Shown: positions 45,397-54,910 of the stretch, piece after piece
Position numbering within the stretch: position 1 is the stretch's first letter
How the letters are laid out: every line of letters begins with the position of its first letter
Virus record (IMG/VR): IMGVR_UViG_3300024252_000005
Reading direction: 5' to 3' (one strand)
Length of the DNA stretch: 64,000 bases
DNA from: a virus
Taxonomy: Duplodnaviria > Caudoviricetes
Position numbers and translations under genes: made by a program
Notes under the pieces: generated by a model
What the model was told of the DNA's origin: nothing
Databases searched by the model: none
Seen by the model: only the letters and a program-made list of their open reading frames with translations

Positions 45397-45681
45397 TTAC
45401 TCGTCACCTGTAACAATCATTGTGCTATCTGTATAACACGGTCCGTGTGTCTTGACTTCAATATTGTTTACGTCGGTAAACCTCCAAACACTGTTTCTAT
45501 AACCAGTAGCACGCTCCCATTCTGACTTAACTAAATGTATCCTTATTATATGGCCCATAGGATGATTACAAACTACTTCATATACATCATCTTCATGTCT
45601 GTTTTTGTAATCTAATTTGTCGCTGTTTTTGCAAGATATTAAAAGCTGAAATGATAGAAAGATCAAGATGCATTTTTTCAA
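45397..45681 (-). CDS. Putative lipoprotein
   Basis: Lipobox LISC. Confidence 0.65.
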   Translation of the reverse strand: MKKCILIFLSFQLLISCKNSDKLDYKNRHEDDVYEVVCNHPMGHIIRIHLVKSEWERATGYRNSVWRFTDVNNIEVKTHGPCYTDSTMIVTGDE

Positions 45682-45761
45682 GTTATACCCATTTAAACAT
45701 TAAATTGTTTTTCTCATAAAGTATTATATAATACTTTTAATTTAATTACAAACTATATGTG

Positions 45762-46016
45762 TTATTTAATTGTTAGCTTTTTTTCTTGATGACATATAGA
45801 GCTTCTTACTTTAACTCCCGCGAGATTGTAGAATGACCAACCTCCTTTAAAGAAAGGATCACCATCATAAGTGTAGTACTCTACCCATCCTTTGGGCGTA
45901 AAGCACCAGATCGGTGCCCTTGTAATCTTCATTCGTTCTTTTTGTTCGCGTGCTAACTGTTTGTGCTCGCATCCTGCAAAGAGCGCAATGAGCAGAAAGA
46001 ATGTAATATGCTTCAT
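45762..46016 (-). CDS. Putative lipoprotein
   Basis: Lipobox FAGC. Confidence 0.7.
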   Translation of the reverse strand: MKHITFFLLIALFAGCEHKQLAREQKERMKITRAPIWCFTPKGWVEYYTYDGDPFFKGGWSFYNLAGVKVRSSICHQEKKLTIK

Positions 46017-46025
46017 AAGATCTCC

Positions 46026-46403
46026 TTAAAATGTACTAGCATTTCCATCCATAACCCACTCACAGACAATTGTTTCTGCCATCTCACCACCGTAGTCGTT
46101 AAAAAAGTTTCGAGCAATCTGCATGCCTTCTTCGAATGTAATAGGAGCTCTAGCCATTTCTGAAGCATTATGCACAGTTAATTTACCTAACTGATCGTTG
46201 TTTGCTATTACGAGATCAAAACCCGGATGATCAATTCGATCATAGTTGTCATAACAGTAAAACCGATTGCTGTACGTATTCTGCTTCGAACCACGATAAA
46301 GGACATCAGCTGGCCAGCATTTTGCTTCATCAATGTGCTGATCAACAGCCTCCATCAACTGATTCCACTGCTCAGCAGTAATGTTATTATTTTTTGTAGA
46401 CAT
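46026..46403 (-). CDS. Hypothetical protein
   Basis: Promoter copy upstream. Confidence 0.7.
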   Translation of the reverse strand: MSTKNNNITAEQWNQLMEAVDQHIDEAKCWPADVLYRGSKQNTYSNRFYCYDNYDRIDHPGFDLVIANNDQLGKLTVHNASEMARAPITFEEGMQIARNFFNDYGGEMAETIVCEWVMDGNASTF

Positions 46404-46437
46404 TTTAAATCCTATGAATGGCTTGTTGTTATGTTAT

Positions 46438-46467
46438 ATTATATTTTGATGTGATCTAAGTTACACG
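46438..46467 (-). promoter_or_regulatory. Repeated phage promoter
   Basis: CGTGTAA-N17-TATAAT. Confidence 0.8.
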
Positions 46468-46559
46468 CTCAGACGTATGAAATCGCTACCTGAAGTCATA
46501 ATAACTCTAGTCTCAGCTTCACATAACTCATCTAACTCTACATACTGAACGTAATAGTT

Positions 46560-47213
46560 TCACCTACAGTTGCCACATTTGTCATCACAATTACTACAAC
46601 CGTACACTTCATTATAGACAATCGTTTCAGAACAATTATGCATAAACGTTGAATAATCTTTTCCACATTCTGTACAATAACTTGCATCCTCTTCAGCCTG
46701 ATTATTAAACCCGGAACTTGTATAACTGTCATCTGTTAGATCAATCCACTCCTCAAGAGAATCCTGCATACTATGCATGCTTCGGCCCATAAAGTCGCTA
46801 TCATCATTCAATGAAGTAATAATATGTGCATACCAATAAGACTTAGCACAATTCTTCATGTTCTCAGGTAAGAGGCTAAGAGCTTCTTCAGCTAAGCTAC
46901 TAATTTCTTCAATAATCTCTTGAAATCTTTGTTTATCTTCATTCATTGCAGTTTGATCCTTTAAATCATCTAGACTAGTAACTTCAAAGCGTTGACCGTC
47001 TTTATATATACTAAAACAATACGTGTCATTATTTTTGTCAACCCATAAGATCATTCCAACTAAAAAACTTGGCTTGCCAAGCTTTTGCGTATATTCTTCG
47101 ATTAATGCATTGACTTCTGAAATTCTTAAGTTTTCAAACAAATTTCTATCGCCAAAATTGTGCGCACCTCTAATGATGTCAGAAGTAAAATCTATTGTAT
47201 AGACATTTTTCAT
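46560..47213 (-). CDS. Modular hypothetical protein with C-terminal Zn-binding domain
   Basis: AKSYWYAHI module, then CTEC...HNC...CSNC..KCGNC. Confidence 0.7.
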   Translation of the reverse strand: MKNVYTIDFTSDIIRGAHNFGDRNLFENLRISEVNALIEEYTQKLGKPSFLVGMILWVDKNNDTYCFSIYKDGQRFEVTSLDDLKDQTAMNEDKQRFQEIIEEISSLAEEALSLLPENMKNCAKSYWYAHIITSLNDDSDFMGRSMHSMQDSLEEWIDLTDDSYTSSGFNNQAEEDASYCTECGKDYSTFMHNCSETIVYNEVYGCSNCDDKCGNCR

Positions 47214-47256
47214 ATTATACCCTTTTAAATGAATGATTGTTTATGCCTTATGGTTT

Positions 47257-47287
47257 ATTATAATATAAACTTGATCTAAGTTACACG
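47257..47287 (-). promoter_or_regulatory. Repeated phage promoter cassette
   Basis: CGTGTAA-N18-TATAAT then AAACCATAAGGCA. Confidence 0.85.
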
Positions 47288-47306
47288 CTTGAGGACCTCT
47301 TTGGTT

Positions 47307-47930
47307 TTATCCTCTAGTCCTATCTACATTATCAATGTGATCAATCATACGATCGACAGATTGGCGTGCTCGAGACTGAAGGTGCTGCATAACGTTGTGG
47401 ATAGCTTCAACCTTTTCTTGATGAGAGTTAAAATTAAATCGATGTCCTGGAATATCTGATAACATCTGGTCTAGACGATTCGCAATCATATTAGGTGTTT
47501 CATTAAGCATCATGCTTGAATGCACAACTTGGACAATGTATGATGGCCACTTCAGATTCTTTCTAGCGCCTGTAAACGAACGGCTCTTTGTGGTTGTTGG
47601 TCTCACATTAGTTTTAACATTTGTGTTTAACATAACTTCTTCTTTCTTTACATTTATCATATTAGGTTTAAACTTTGAACTGCGTTGATTGATAAGATCT
47701 AGACGAGCTGATTCTGTAATTAGGCGTTCACGCTTAATCATATTAGAAACACCGGGAAACGGCTTAAAGGTCTTGTTAAGCTGATAACAGTGGGAGCTTG
47801 GGTTAGTTTTTCTTCTTACATAACCTGAAGCATAGCTTCCATAAATTGCACCTGTTCTGGTGCACCTAAACATACGTGTTCCGTTTTTAGTCTGACGTGG
47901 TGTTGTAATTTCGATTAGATTGGAATTCAT
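47307..47930 (-). CDS. Paralog family C protein with C-terminal extension
   Basis: LIEITTPRQTKNGTRMF...SYASGYVRR. Confidence 0.75.
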   Translation of the reverse strand: MNSNLIEITTPRQTKNGTRMFRCTRTGAIYGSYASGYVRRKTNPSSHCYQLNKTFKPFPGVSNMIKRERLITESARLDLINQRSSKFKPNMINVKKEEVMLNTNVKTNVRPTTTKSRSFTGARKNLKWPSYIVQVVHSSMMLNETPNMIANRLDQMLSDIPGHRFNFNSHQEKVEAIHNVMQHLQSRARQSVDRMIDHIDNVDRTRG

Positions 47931-47976
47931 ATTTAATGTCCTTTTTAAAAAATTTGTTGTTGTTGCCTTATGGTTT

Positions 47977-48007
47977 ATTATAATATAATGTTGAACTTAG
48001 TTACACG
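47977..48007 (-). promoter_or_regulatory. Repeated phage promoter cassette
   Basis: CGTGTAA-N18-TATAAT then AAACCATAAGGCAAC. Confidence 0.85.
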
Positions 48008-48056
48008 AATATAAAATCATAATATGATTACCTTTAACGTTAGTCATAGATTACTC

Positions 48057-48275
48057 TTAAGCAACAACATATGAATCTACAGAGACTGCAACCGGTAAGT
48101 TAAACTCATCAAAAGCTTGTATAACACTAATTACAGTAGACACATTTGGTATAACTTTTGTTCCGTCATTTAGATAATGATCAATCTTAAATCGATAGCT
48201 TGCTGCTCTTGAAACAAGCATGTTGTTCTTGTCAGCGCTATAACCCGCAGGTAGTTTCCATGTTGCAATACTCAT
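48057..48275 (-). CDS. Hypothetical protein
   Basis: Promoter cassette upstream. Confidence 0.7.
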   Translation of the reverse strand: MSIATWKLPAGYSADKNNMLVSRAASYRFKIDHYLNDGTKVIPNVSTVISVIQAFDEFNLPVAVSVDSYVVA

Positions 48276-48312
48276 TGTAAGCCTTTGATTTGAATTGTTG
48301 CCTTGTGATATT

Positions 48313-48343
48313 ATTATAATATATTGTTTATATAAGTTACACG
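48313..48343 (-). promoter_or_regulatory. Repeated phage promoter
   Basis: CGTGTAA-N18-TATAAT. Confidence 0.82.
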
Positions 48344-48353
48344 ATATTAGATT

Positions 48354-48701
48354 CTACATACTCCAATAACTTTCTGAACTGGGAGAGCAATAGCTAGGTG
48401 TATCATATCTTTCATAAAACATCTCACCAGACATTATGCTCTTCCTTTTTGTGTAAGTCTTGATGATATCAAACTTATATCCGTTTTTAGGGTTCCAGCT
48501 TTCAGAAAGAAGCTCAATAATGTCACTTTCTGACATGTCTTTAAAGTCAACGCAATTAATATACCTCAGCCCTTTTTTGTTTTTGCTATACATCTTTTTG
48601 TTTTTAATACGGAGATCAACCTTGTAAACTTCAGCAGTCATCATGTTTTCTTTAATTGGGTCATAAAGTTTAAGTTCTTGGGTAGATATATCATTTTTCA
48701 A
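48354..48701 (-). CDS. Paralog family D protein
   Basis: Ends TPSYCSPSSESYWSM. Confidence 0.8.
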   Translation of the reverse strand: MKNDISTQELKLYDPIKENMMTAEVYKVDLRIKNKKMYSKNKKGLRYINCVDFKDMSESDIIELLSESWNPKNGYKFDIIKTYTKRKSIMSGEMFYERYDTPSYCSPSSESYWSM

Positions 48702-48808
48702 TTTAACTGTCTCCTTAAAAGCATGGCATGTATCACTTCAATTACATTCAAAGCCACTTTAGCATTTTCAATATTCTTTTTTCTAATCATGTAACATCTA
48801 TAAGCTAA

Positions 48809-49231
48809 TTATATATAAGAAACCTCTAATAAAACAGCAGTATTCTGGAGTCTTGCTGAAACTGAATATTTGAAGTCGTATACTTCACTAAACTCGTCTA
48901 CATAAAAGTTTGCTTCTTTCTTTTTCATAGAGTCCTGCGCCCACTGTTTAATATCTGACGTTATCAAGCCCAACAAACTATCAGGCCCACTAGAATCAAC
49001 ACCTTTAACTTTTCTTGTTAACTCTTCTTTAAGCTCAGATGCATTAACTCCTGTAAAAGGCTCATCATGTGGAATCTTCCAGCAAAATGCATGTGTATAA
49101 TCAATCAATCCTTTAATGAAGCTCTTACTACTGGCTTTATGTAGTTCACCACGAGCTTTGAACAAAGCTGAATAGTTTTCTGTATTCAATGTCAACTCAG
49201 AATTTTTAAATGCAGCTTTAGGTAGGATCAT
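48809..49231 (-). CDS. Hypothetical protein
   Basis: ORF only. Confidence 0.65.
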   Translation of the reverse strand: MILPKAAFKNSELTLNTENYSALFKARGELHKASSKSFIKGLIDYTHAFCWKIPHDEPFTGVNASELKEELTRKVKGVDSSGPDSLLGLITSDIKQWAQDSMKKKEANFYVDEFSEVYDFKYSVSARLQNTAVLLEVSYI

Positions 49232-49272
49232 TATTATCTCGCTTTCATGTTTTATTTAGGATGTGAGTGTTT

Positions 49273-49443
49273 TTAGTTATAAACTCTTTTTAAGAGCTTT
49301 CGATTACCGTTTTCTAGGACACCCCAGACTGAACCATTCCAAAGGTTAATCATGTCTGCACTTGCAAAACTGCTGAAAGTCATTCTCTTAAATCTTCTGC
49401 CGGAAGTATAACTACCCGTTACGTGAAATTCTTTGAAATACAT
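49273..49443 (-). CDS. Small protein (56 aa) missed by the ORF track
   Basis: MYFKEFHVTG...INLWNGSVWG...RKLLKRVYN; promoter cassette and AAGGA RBS upstream. Confidence 0.75.
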   Translation of the reverse strand: MYFKEFHVTGSYTSGRRFKRMTFSSFASADMINLWNGSVWGVLENGNRKLLKRVYN

Positions 49444-49487
49444 ATTATTATCCTTTTGGATGAATGATTGTTGTTGCCTTATGGTTT

Positions 49488-49518
49488 ATTATAATATAAT
49501 ATTGAACTTAATTACACG
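49488..49518 (-). promoter_or_regulatory. Repeated phage promoter cassette
   Basis: CGTGTAA-N18-TATAAT then AAACCATAAGGCAAC. Confidence 0.85.
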
Positions 49519-49524
49519 TATAAT

Positions 49525-50166
49525 TTACAACATTTCTTTTTGATTATAAGGTTTAATACTTATATCTGCAATGTCTTTCAATAAAATATTGATTGTACTA
49601 ATTAGATAAGCAGCATTTTTATAACCATAGTTGTTTAAGAAATATATGTTATGACCATAAACATCTTTTCTAAAACCCCATAAAGACTTTTTGTTTCCTG
49701 ATTCTACTAGCCAGTTATTAACAAAGTCTTCTGAAACAATTATTGGCACTACTTTTTTATTGCTTATTTCTAAACTAGCATTGCTAATTAAAGATCTAAA
49801 CAGAAAAATTAGACGAACTTTATCGTCCAAAAGATTCCAAACAGAATTAATTAAACCACCTGCAGTAGAAACAACTTCTTTATCGTCCAAAGAAACACAA
49901 AACTTTTTTATATACCTAAAGCTTTCTAATTCAATTTTATCTTTTTTTGTTTCAAAGTTTATATTGTTTAACATACTTAAAAGTTCCTTGTTCTCTATAG
50001 GATTGTTTTCAAAAGCCTGATTTGGAGAAACAAAATAATCAGCGCCAACTTTGTTTTTTAGATAATATTTACCTGCTAAAGCAGTTGCTATTGCTATTCC
50101 CAATATTTCTCCTGATCTTGAAATAATGCCTTCTCCAAATCCATTGAGTAAAGCTTCAGAAATCAT
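49525..50166 (-). CDS. Hypothetical protein with N-terminal TM
   Basis: GEILGIAIATALAG hydrophobic segment. Confidence 0.65.
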   Translation of the reverse strand: MISEALLNGFGEGIISRSGEILGIAIATALAGKYYLKNKVGADYFVSPNQAFENNPIENKELLSMLNNINFETKKDKIELESFRYIKKFCVSLDDKEVVSTAGGLINSVWNLLDDKVRLIFLFRSLISNASLEISNKKVVPIIVSEDFVNNWLVESGNKKSLWGFRKDVYGHNIYFLNNYGYKNAAYLISTINILLKDIADISIKPYNQKEML

Positions 50167-50423
50167 TTTCTTTTCCTCTCTAAGGAAACGTATTTTTGAT
50201 GTCTAGATATGATACCAGCTGATCAGTTGTTAATGATTCTTTTTTTGCTTAGTATATTTTAGAACAATGTCTACTAATTCATTATAATGCTCATTTGGAT
50301 ATGTATAAAATCCGCAGTTCTTTGTAGCCTGTGTCCATTTACGATTATTAATAAACTTTTTTCAAGTCTAGCATTTCTTGTTTTTCTGACATGACATTAC
50401 CCTTTACTGTCTCTTAAAATAAC

Positions 50424-50870
50424 TCAGTAACAATCATACCAGCTCTCACCTGTCTCTTCCCCCCACTGGCTTCTAGAAGCTAACATGCTTCCGCTACCAT
50501 TATAATCAGCATTACAACTAGGACAAGTATTTGTAAAACTACCTAAGCTTAACCACTCACCACAGCACTTGAGCTTTGCAGGAGTTCTCTCGAAATAATC
50601 ATAGTTAAACTCTGTAAGCTTATAGTCTCCAGACTCAATAACTTTCAAAAGATTAGTGTAAGCTAGATCTTTTGAAACATCATAGACACCATTAACAAAA
50701 CAAGACTCGTTATATGTCATCTTTGCTCTTTCTTTTTTGAACAAATCTTTAAAGACTTCAATTCCTTTTGTCGAAGACTTAACATCAAAATGAAAACCTT
50801 TAGCAATGATCTCTGTCTTGGTAAACATTACTCTTTCCATCTTAGCTTTGATAAAGTTTTTATTTGGCAT
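50424..50870 (-). CDS. Hypothetical protein with C-terminal Zn ribbon
   Basis: CCGEW...TCPSCNADYNGSG...QWGEETGE. Confidence 0.75.
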   Translation of the reverse strand: MPNKNFIKAKMERVMFTKTEIIAKGFHFDVKSSTKGIEVFKDLFKKERAKMTYNESCFVNGVYDVSKDLAYTNLLKVIESGDYKLTEFNYDYFERTPAKLKCCGEWLSLGSFTNTCPSCNADYNGSGSMLASRSQWGEETGESWYDCY

Positions 50871-50907
50871 TTTTAATTCCTTGTTTGGTTTGTTGCCTTA
50901 TATTAAT

Positions 50908-50938
50908 ATTATAATATAATTTTTATCTAAGTTACACG
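50908..50938 (-). promoter_or_regulatory. Repeated phage promoter
   Basis: CGTGTAA-N18-TATAAT. Confidence 0.82.
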
Positions 50939-51223
50939 ATTCAAAATCTATCTAAATCTTTCTTTCTTTTATTACCATATATAATATCCTCAAGCTTGAC
51001 GTGAGGTTACCAAATACACTTAATTAAGTCACCTATCTTGTTCATGACTAATTGATATGCGCTAATTCATAATATATGCAATAAACTATCCCGACGCAGC
51101 AAAATGTTAACGCATAGTCAGGGTTATAAGTTATTAGTTTAATTAAACCATATATAAAGCTAAGAAGCAAGATGCCATATAGACTTAATACTAAAAAGTT
51201 CTTCATCTTAAAGCACCTGTATA

Positions 51224-51424
51224 TTATAATAAGCCAAACTTAAACTTAGCTTTTCTAATATTATATTCTAAAGTTGAATAACTACTTGCGCCCCCTGCAA
51301 TAGTCACATTCTCTGTGCCTTTAACACCTGCATATATAATATAACCGCCACTCTTTTTTGACTCTGCCCATACTGTGTGGCTGTTTCTGTTAGTCTTTCT
51401 TTTTCTTACTATGTTAGCTCTCAT
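51224..51424 (-). CDS. Hypothetical protein
   Basis: ORF with AGGAG RBS. Confidence 0.6.
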   Translation of the reverse strand: MRANIVRKRKTNRNSHTVWAESKKSGGYIIYAGVKGTENVTIAGGASSYSTLEYNIRKAKFKFGLL

Positions 51425-51696
51425 CTATAAGCTCCTTGCTCTTCTACTAGTAGTACAAACTATCATTATTGTCTTGCTGTCGCTCAGTGACCAAAGATTC
51501 ATAAGCTAGCTTACCAGCTAATGCCCACGACTCAGAGTCACAATCCATAGGGTCAACGTATATATTGGCATGCTGCCAAAATAAATCATAGCTGAACTCC
51601 TTTGAAGCTTTATTCTTCCAGATGTCATAAATATTTAAGTAAGTGTTGGGTTTAATTGTAGATAAAGTTAATCCTTTCTAGCCTGTTATATGTTAT

Positions 51697-51727
51697 ATTA
51701 TAATATCAATGATTGCAAATATGCACG
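51697..51727 (-). promoter_or_regulatory. Repeated phage promoter
   Basis: CGTGCAT-N18-TATAAT. Confidence 0.72.
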
Positions 51728-51732
51728 TTAAG

Positions 51733-52059
51733 TCAATCTACGAGGTGAGGCACAGCTTCTTCAATAGCTTTCTTAATCTTTTCATAATCATCTTGGCTCA
51801 AAGAATCATGTTTACCATTAAAATAAATTGCTGCAATAGGCGACACCTTGTTTTTACTCATAATAGGCATCCAAAAAGAAATGTCCAAGTGAAGTTGCTC
51901 ACCTGCTCCTTTCTTCATCTCTTCATAACTACTCAAGAGACCCGCAATCTCAGCTGAAATGTCTGACATAACACTTACTTCTTTCATAAAGAAAACAATA
52001 CACAATGATCTTATATCTATATCATAGATGATAAGAAAAAACAATGCTGTTCGTATCAC
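51733..52059 (-). CDS. Hypothetical protein (true start probably ATG 51969)
   Basis: MSDISAEIAG preceded by GAAGT. Confidence 0.55.
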   Translation of the reverse strand: MIRTALFFLIIYDIDIRSLCIVFFMKEVSVMSDISAEIAGLLSSYEEMKKGAGEQLHLDISFWMPIMSKNKVSPIAAIYFNGKHDSLSQDDYEKIKKAIEEAVPHLVD

Positions 52060-52131
52060 ACGAAAGCTATCGTTGTCTTGACGAAACCAAGGGCGGTAAT
52101 ATCAAGACAGTAGCTAGATACCTGTTATATC

Positions 52132-53187
52132 TCAGAAGATATCATCATTCAAATCATCATCAACACTAACGAAGTCTTCATAAACATTCTGAAGATTCTC
52201 TGGATCTAAACGATCTAACACAACTTCAGAATCGTCAACAACCTCTTCAGAAACTAGCACGTCGATTTCATCTCCAGCTGCTGATACTTCATCCTTTACA
52301 ACAACCTCAAACTTCAAAGATCTAGGCGTCCCACCCATAGATCTGATTGTCTCATCAAGAAGCTCAACGGGAATCAAGTGAAGCTGCTTAGGATGATCAG
52401 ATGTAGATCCACCAGTTCGAACCTCAAATGCTGCTGATTGCTTGCCATCTTCTGATACACGAGCTCCAGAATAACGGATCCAAGCTCCTCCCTGCATCTC
52501 AATTAGCGTCTTATAATCATCACAATCGACACCTTCTGATTCGAGCTGAGCAATAGTAGGATTAATCTCAGATAACGCAACTATCACCCACTTTGCTCCC
52601 TTCCCAGAAAAACGAGCCTTAAGCTTAGATCTCCAATCAGATCCATCAGCTGCCTTTCCAGACCTATGACACAAAGCCTTAACATTATCATTAATCAATG
52701 TATTAAGATGCATCTTAAAAGCTGTTACCTTAGGATCTCCACCCTCAGCCAAAAAACTCTTAAACATGCTCACAATCATATCTTGCTGAGACATAACTTC
52801 CTCATTATTATTTAGATTATCAACAGTAAAGCCAGAATCATTATCTGCCATAGAAATCTCCTCATTTGAACTAGGGGCTGAAATAGTTAAGTTGTCCATT
52901 TGATCCTCCAAAGGATTGATTGTTTGTGCCTGATGGTTTATTATATCAATGTCTTTATCTAAGTTGCACGCCTCATTAATCACCTCCCAGTTATTAACTA
53001 ACCAACCATACTCATCACTCAAAGCATCAGTAATCTGAAATTCGTCTGTGTTCTCAGGATCTTCAAAGTAATCGCTGAGATTAACTTCAAGAGGAATACC
53101 ATTATCAAAAGCAAACTTATCATGCTCTTCATCATAATAATCTACTGTAGTAGGCAAATCAAATTCCCATTGTATTTTAATCTTCAT
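52132..53187 (-). CDS. In-frame fusion of a family B gene (53187 to about 52970) and a family A gene (internal start 52899)
   Basis: Internal promoter 52940-52970 and GGAGGA RBS before MDNLTI; C-terminal DDLNDDIF. Confidence 0.8.
   Translation of the reverse strand: MKIKIQWEFDLPTTVDYYDEEHDKFAFDNGIPLEVNLSDYFEDPENTDEFQITDALSDEYGWLVNNWEVINEACNLDKDIDIINHQAQTINPLEDQMDNLTISAPSSNEEISMADNDSGFTVDNLNNNEEVMSQQDMIVSMFKSFLAEGGDPKVTAFKMHLNTLINDNVKALCHRSGKAADGSDWRSKLKARFSGKGAKWVIVALSEINPTIAQLESEGVDCDDYKTLIEMQGGAWIRYSGARVSEDGKQSAAFEVRTGGSTSDHPKQLHLIPVELLDETIRSMGGTPRSLKFEVVVKDEVSAAGDEIDVLVSEEVVDDSEVVLDRLDPENLQNVYEDFVSVDDDLNDDIF
52940..52970 (-). promoter_or_regulatory. Repeated phage promoter embedded in the 351-aa ORF
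   Basis: CGTGCAA-N18-TATAAT then AAACCATCAGGCAC. Confidence 0.85.
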
Positions 53188-53226
53188 ATTATTTAATCCT
53201 TGTTGGATGTGGGGTGGTGATGGTTT

Positions 53227-53257
53227 ATTATAATATATTGTAGGTTGTTGTTACACG
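53227..53257 (-). promoter_or_regulatory. Repeated phage promoter cassette
   Basis: CGTGTAA-N18-TATAAT then AAACCATCACCAC. Confidence 0.85.
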
Positions 53258-53279
53258 AAATACTTTTTATTAAATCTAA

Positions 53280-53702
53280 TTATTTATTTTTTTCTATCCA
53301 GATATCATCAAATTCAACATTGCTTATGTCACAGCAAATAATGTTGAATTTGATGATGGTTACAGCACTTTCCCAATTTACTCTTTTTAATCCTAGACTG
53401 CATGCTGTAGTAAAAAGCCTTTTTCTTGATTCTATGACATTATCTTCCATAATATCTATTCCATATAAGCTTCTTAAAGATTCTATTATAGAGTTACCGT
53501 GAAATACTTTTTTCTTTAAAATCTCTACTAAAAAGTTTCCTGTTCCGCAAGTAGGCTCTAAAAAACTTTTGTTAAGTTTCCAGTAGTTAGAAGGAATATT
53601 GTTTAACATTTTTTCTATTATAAACTCAGGCGTAAAAACTTCACCTAAATTATCTACTCTTTCTTTTGATTTAATTAAGCTTTTCATTTCATTAAACCAC
53701 AA
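53280..53702 (-). CDS. N6-adenine DNA methyltransferase, SAM-binding half only
   Basis: GEVFTP, FLEPTCGTGNFL, LYGIDI; no NPPY. Confidence 0.85.
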   Translation of the reverse strand: MWFNEMKSLIKSKERVDNLGEVFTPEFIIEKMLNNIPSNYWKLNKSFLEPTCGTGNFLVEILKKKVFHGNSIIESLRSLYGIDIMEDNVIESRKRLFTTACSLGLKRVNWESAVTIIKFNIICCDISNVEFDDIWIEKNK

Positions 53703-54843
53703 ACTTATTATTTAGTATAAAGTCAATTGTATCTTGTGTTAAATTGTATTTAGAAAACAACATCTGATCTGTCCACTTTACGTTCCAGTCAACAATAGGC
53801 GTTGAACAAAACTTAGGATGAAAGTCTCTTTTCTTTATAAGCAGCATAGCTTTTGCAAAACGAGTATCTAAATAACTAACAAAATTCTCAGCCTCATTTT
53901 TGCTTTTAAACTCAAAATTATATGTTCTTGATAGACATTTATCTCCTGCGCTCATAACTTTTATCTTAGACTTACTGTAGTAAGTAAAAAAGTCATCTTT
54001 AAAAAACTTATTTTTGTCACCAACATTTCCTCTAAGTTTAGGAAGACCAACGTAGAAATAATTTGTTTTTTCTACATCGCTTTTTTTTAGCTTAATACTC
54101 TTCAAGCTTTTACTTAATTCTAAGTTGAAAAACATATCATGTAGCTGTTTATAACCTCTTAAACCTGTAAAAACATCTGGAGACATTGTTTTTTTGTTTA
54201 TTCCAGTTATCTCGTTTGAATAATCAACACTTGATGTGATGTGGTTTTTGTCAAAATATGTAATGCAGACTAATGATTGTATTTTAGCATCTGGAAATGA
54301 AGTTGATGAATTTACTATTTCAATACTAGACAAAGGCAAATCAATTTTTTCTAAATGCTTCTTGTATATGTTCTTTTTTCGCTGATCTAGAAAAGGATTA
54401 GAAGGTTGTATAAATGTAAGTATGTCACATTTTTTACTTAACTTGGATAAAATTTCTAGATGGAAATTCTTCTTATAAGGCGGGTTTCCTAAAATAACAT
54501 CAAATTTTGGCATTTTCTCTTCTTCCATATTTAACATAAACTCAATTAGATTTCTTTTCCATCTTGAACTTGTAATATTGCATTCTTTAACAGCATAAAT
54601 CTTTGATTGATGGTCTGCTAAAAAACTTATAGCGTCAGGTGAAACATTGAAATCTTCTACAAGAGAAATTACAATTTCGGGATTGAAAATAACAAGAAAC
54701 TTTTTCTTCTCAGACAATTTATTAATTTTAGAAATCATTTTTTTTATTAAAGAAAAAGTTGTGTGCTCATTTTGATCAGCACCCTCAAAAATTTGCAAAG
54801 ATCTTTCTGTTAGAAGCTTTCTTGTATAATCAATTTTGCTCAT
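53692..54843 (-). CDS. N6-adenine DNA methyltransferase-like protein (NPPY catalytic motif plus TRD-like region)
   Basis: KFDVILGNPPY; no recognisable FxGxG motif I. Confidence 0.8.
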   Translation of the reverse strand: MSKIDYTRKLLTERSLQIFEGADQNEHTTFSLIKKMISKINKLSEKKKFLVIFNPEIVISLVEDFNVSPDAISFLADHQSKIYAVKECNITSSRWKRNLIEFMLNMEEEKMPKFDVILGNPPYKKNFHLEILSKLSKKCDILTFIQPSNPFLDQRKKNIYKKHLEKIDLPLSSIEIVNSSTSFPDAKIQSLVCITYFDKNHITSSVDYSNEITGINKKTMSPDVFTGLRGYKQLHDMFFNLELSKSLKSIKLKKSDVEKTNYFYVGLPKLRGNVGDKNKFFKDDFFTYYSKSKIKVMSAGDKCLSRTYNFEFKSKNEAENFVSYLDTRFAKAMLLIKKRDFHPKFCSTPIVDWNVKWTDQMLFSKYNLTQDTIDFILNNKFVV

Positions 54844-54880
54844 GTCGTTCCTAATTGTTAAATTATTGATATTACTTTTT

Positions 54881-54910
54881 ATTATATACTTTTATTATAA
54901 GTGTTACACT
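54881..54910 (-). promoter_or_regulatory. Repeated phage promoter upstream of the methyltransferase genes
   Basis: AGTGTAA-N17-TATAAT. Confidence 0.72.
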
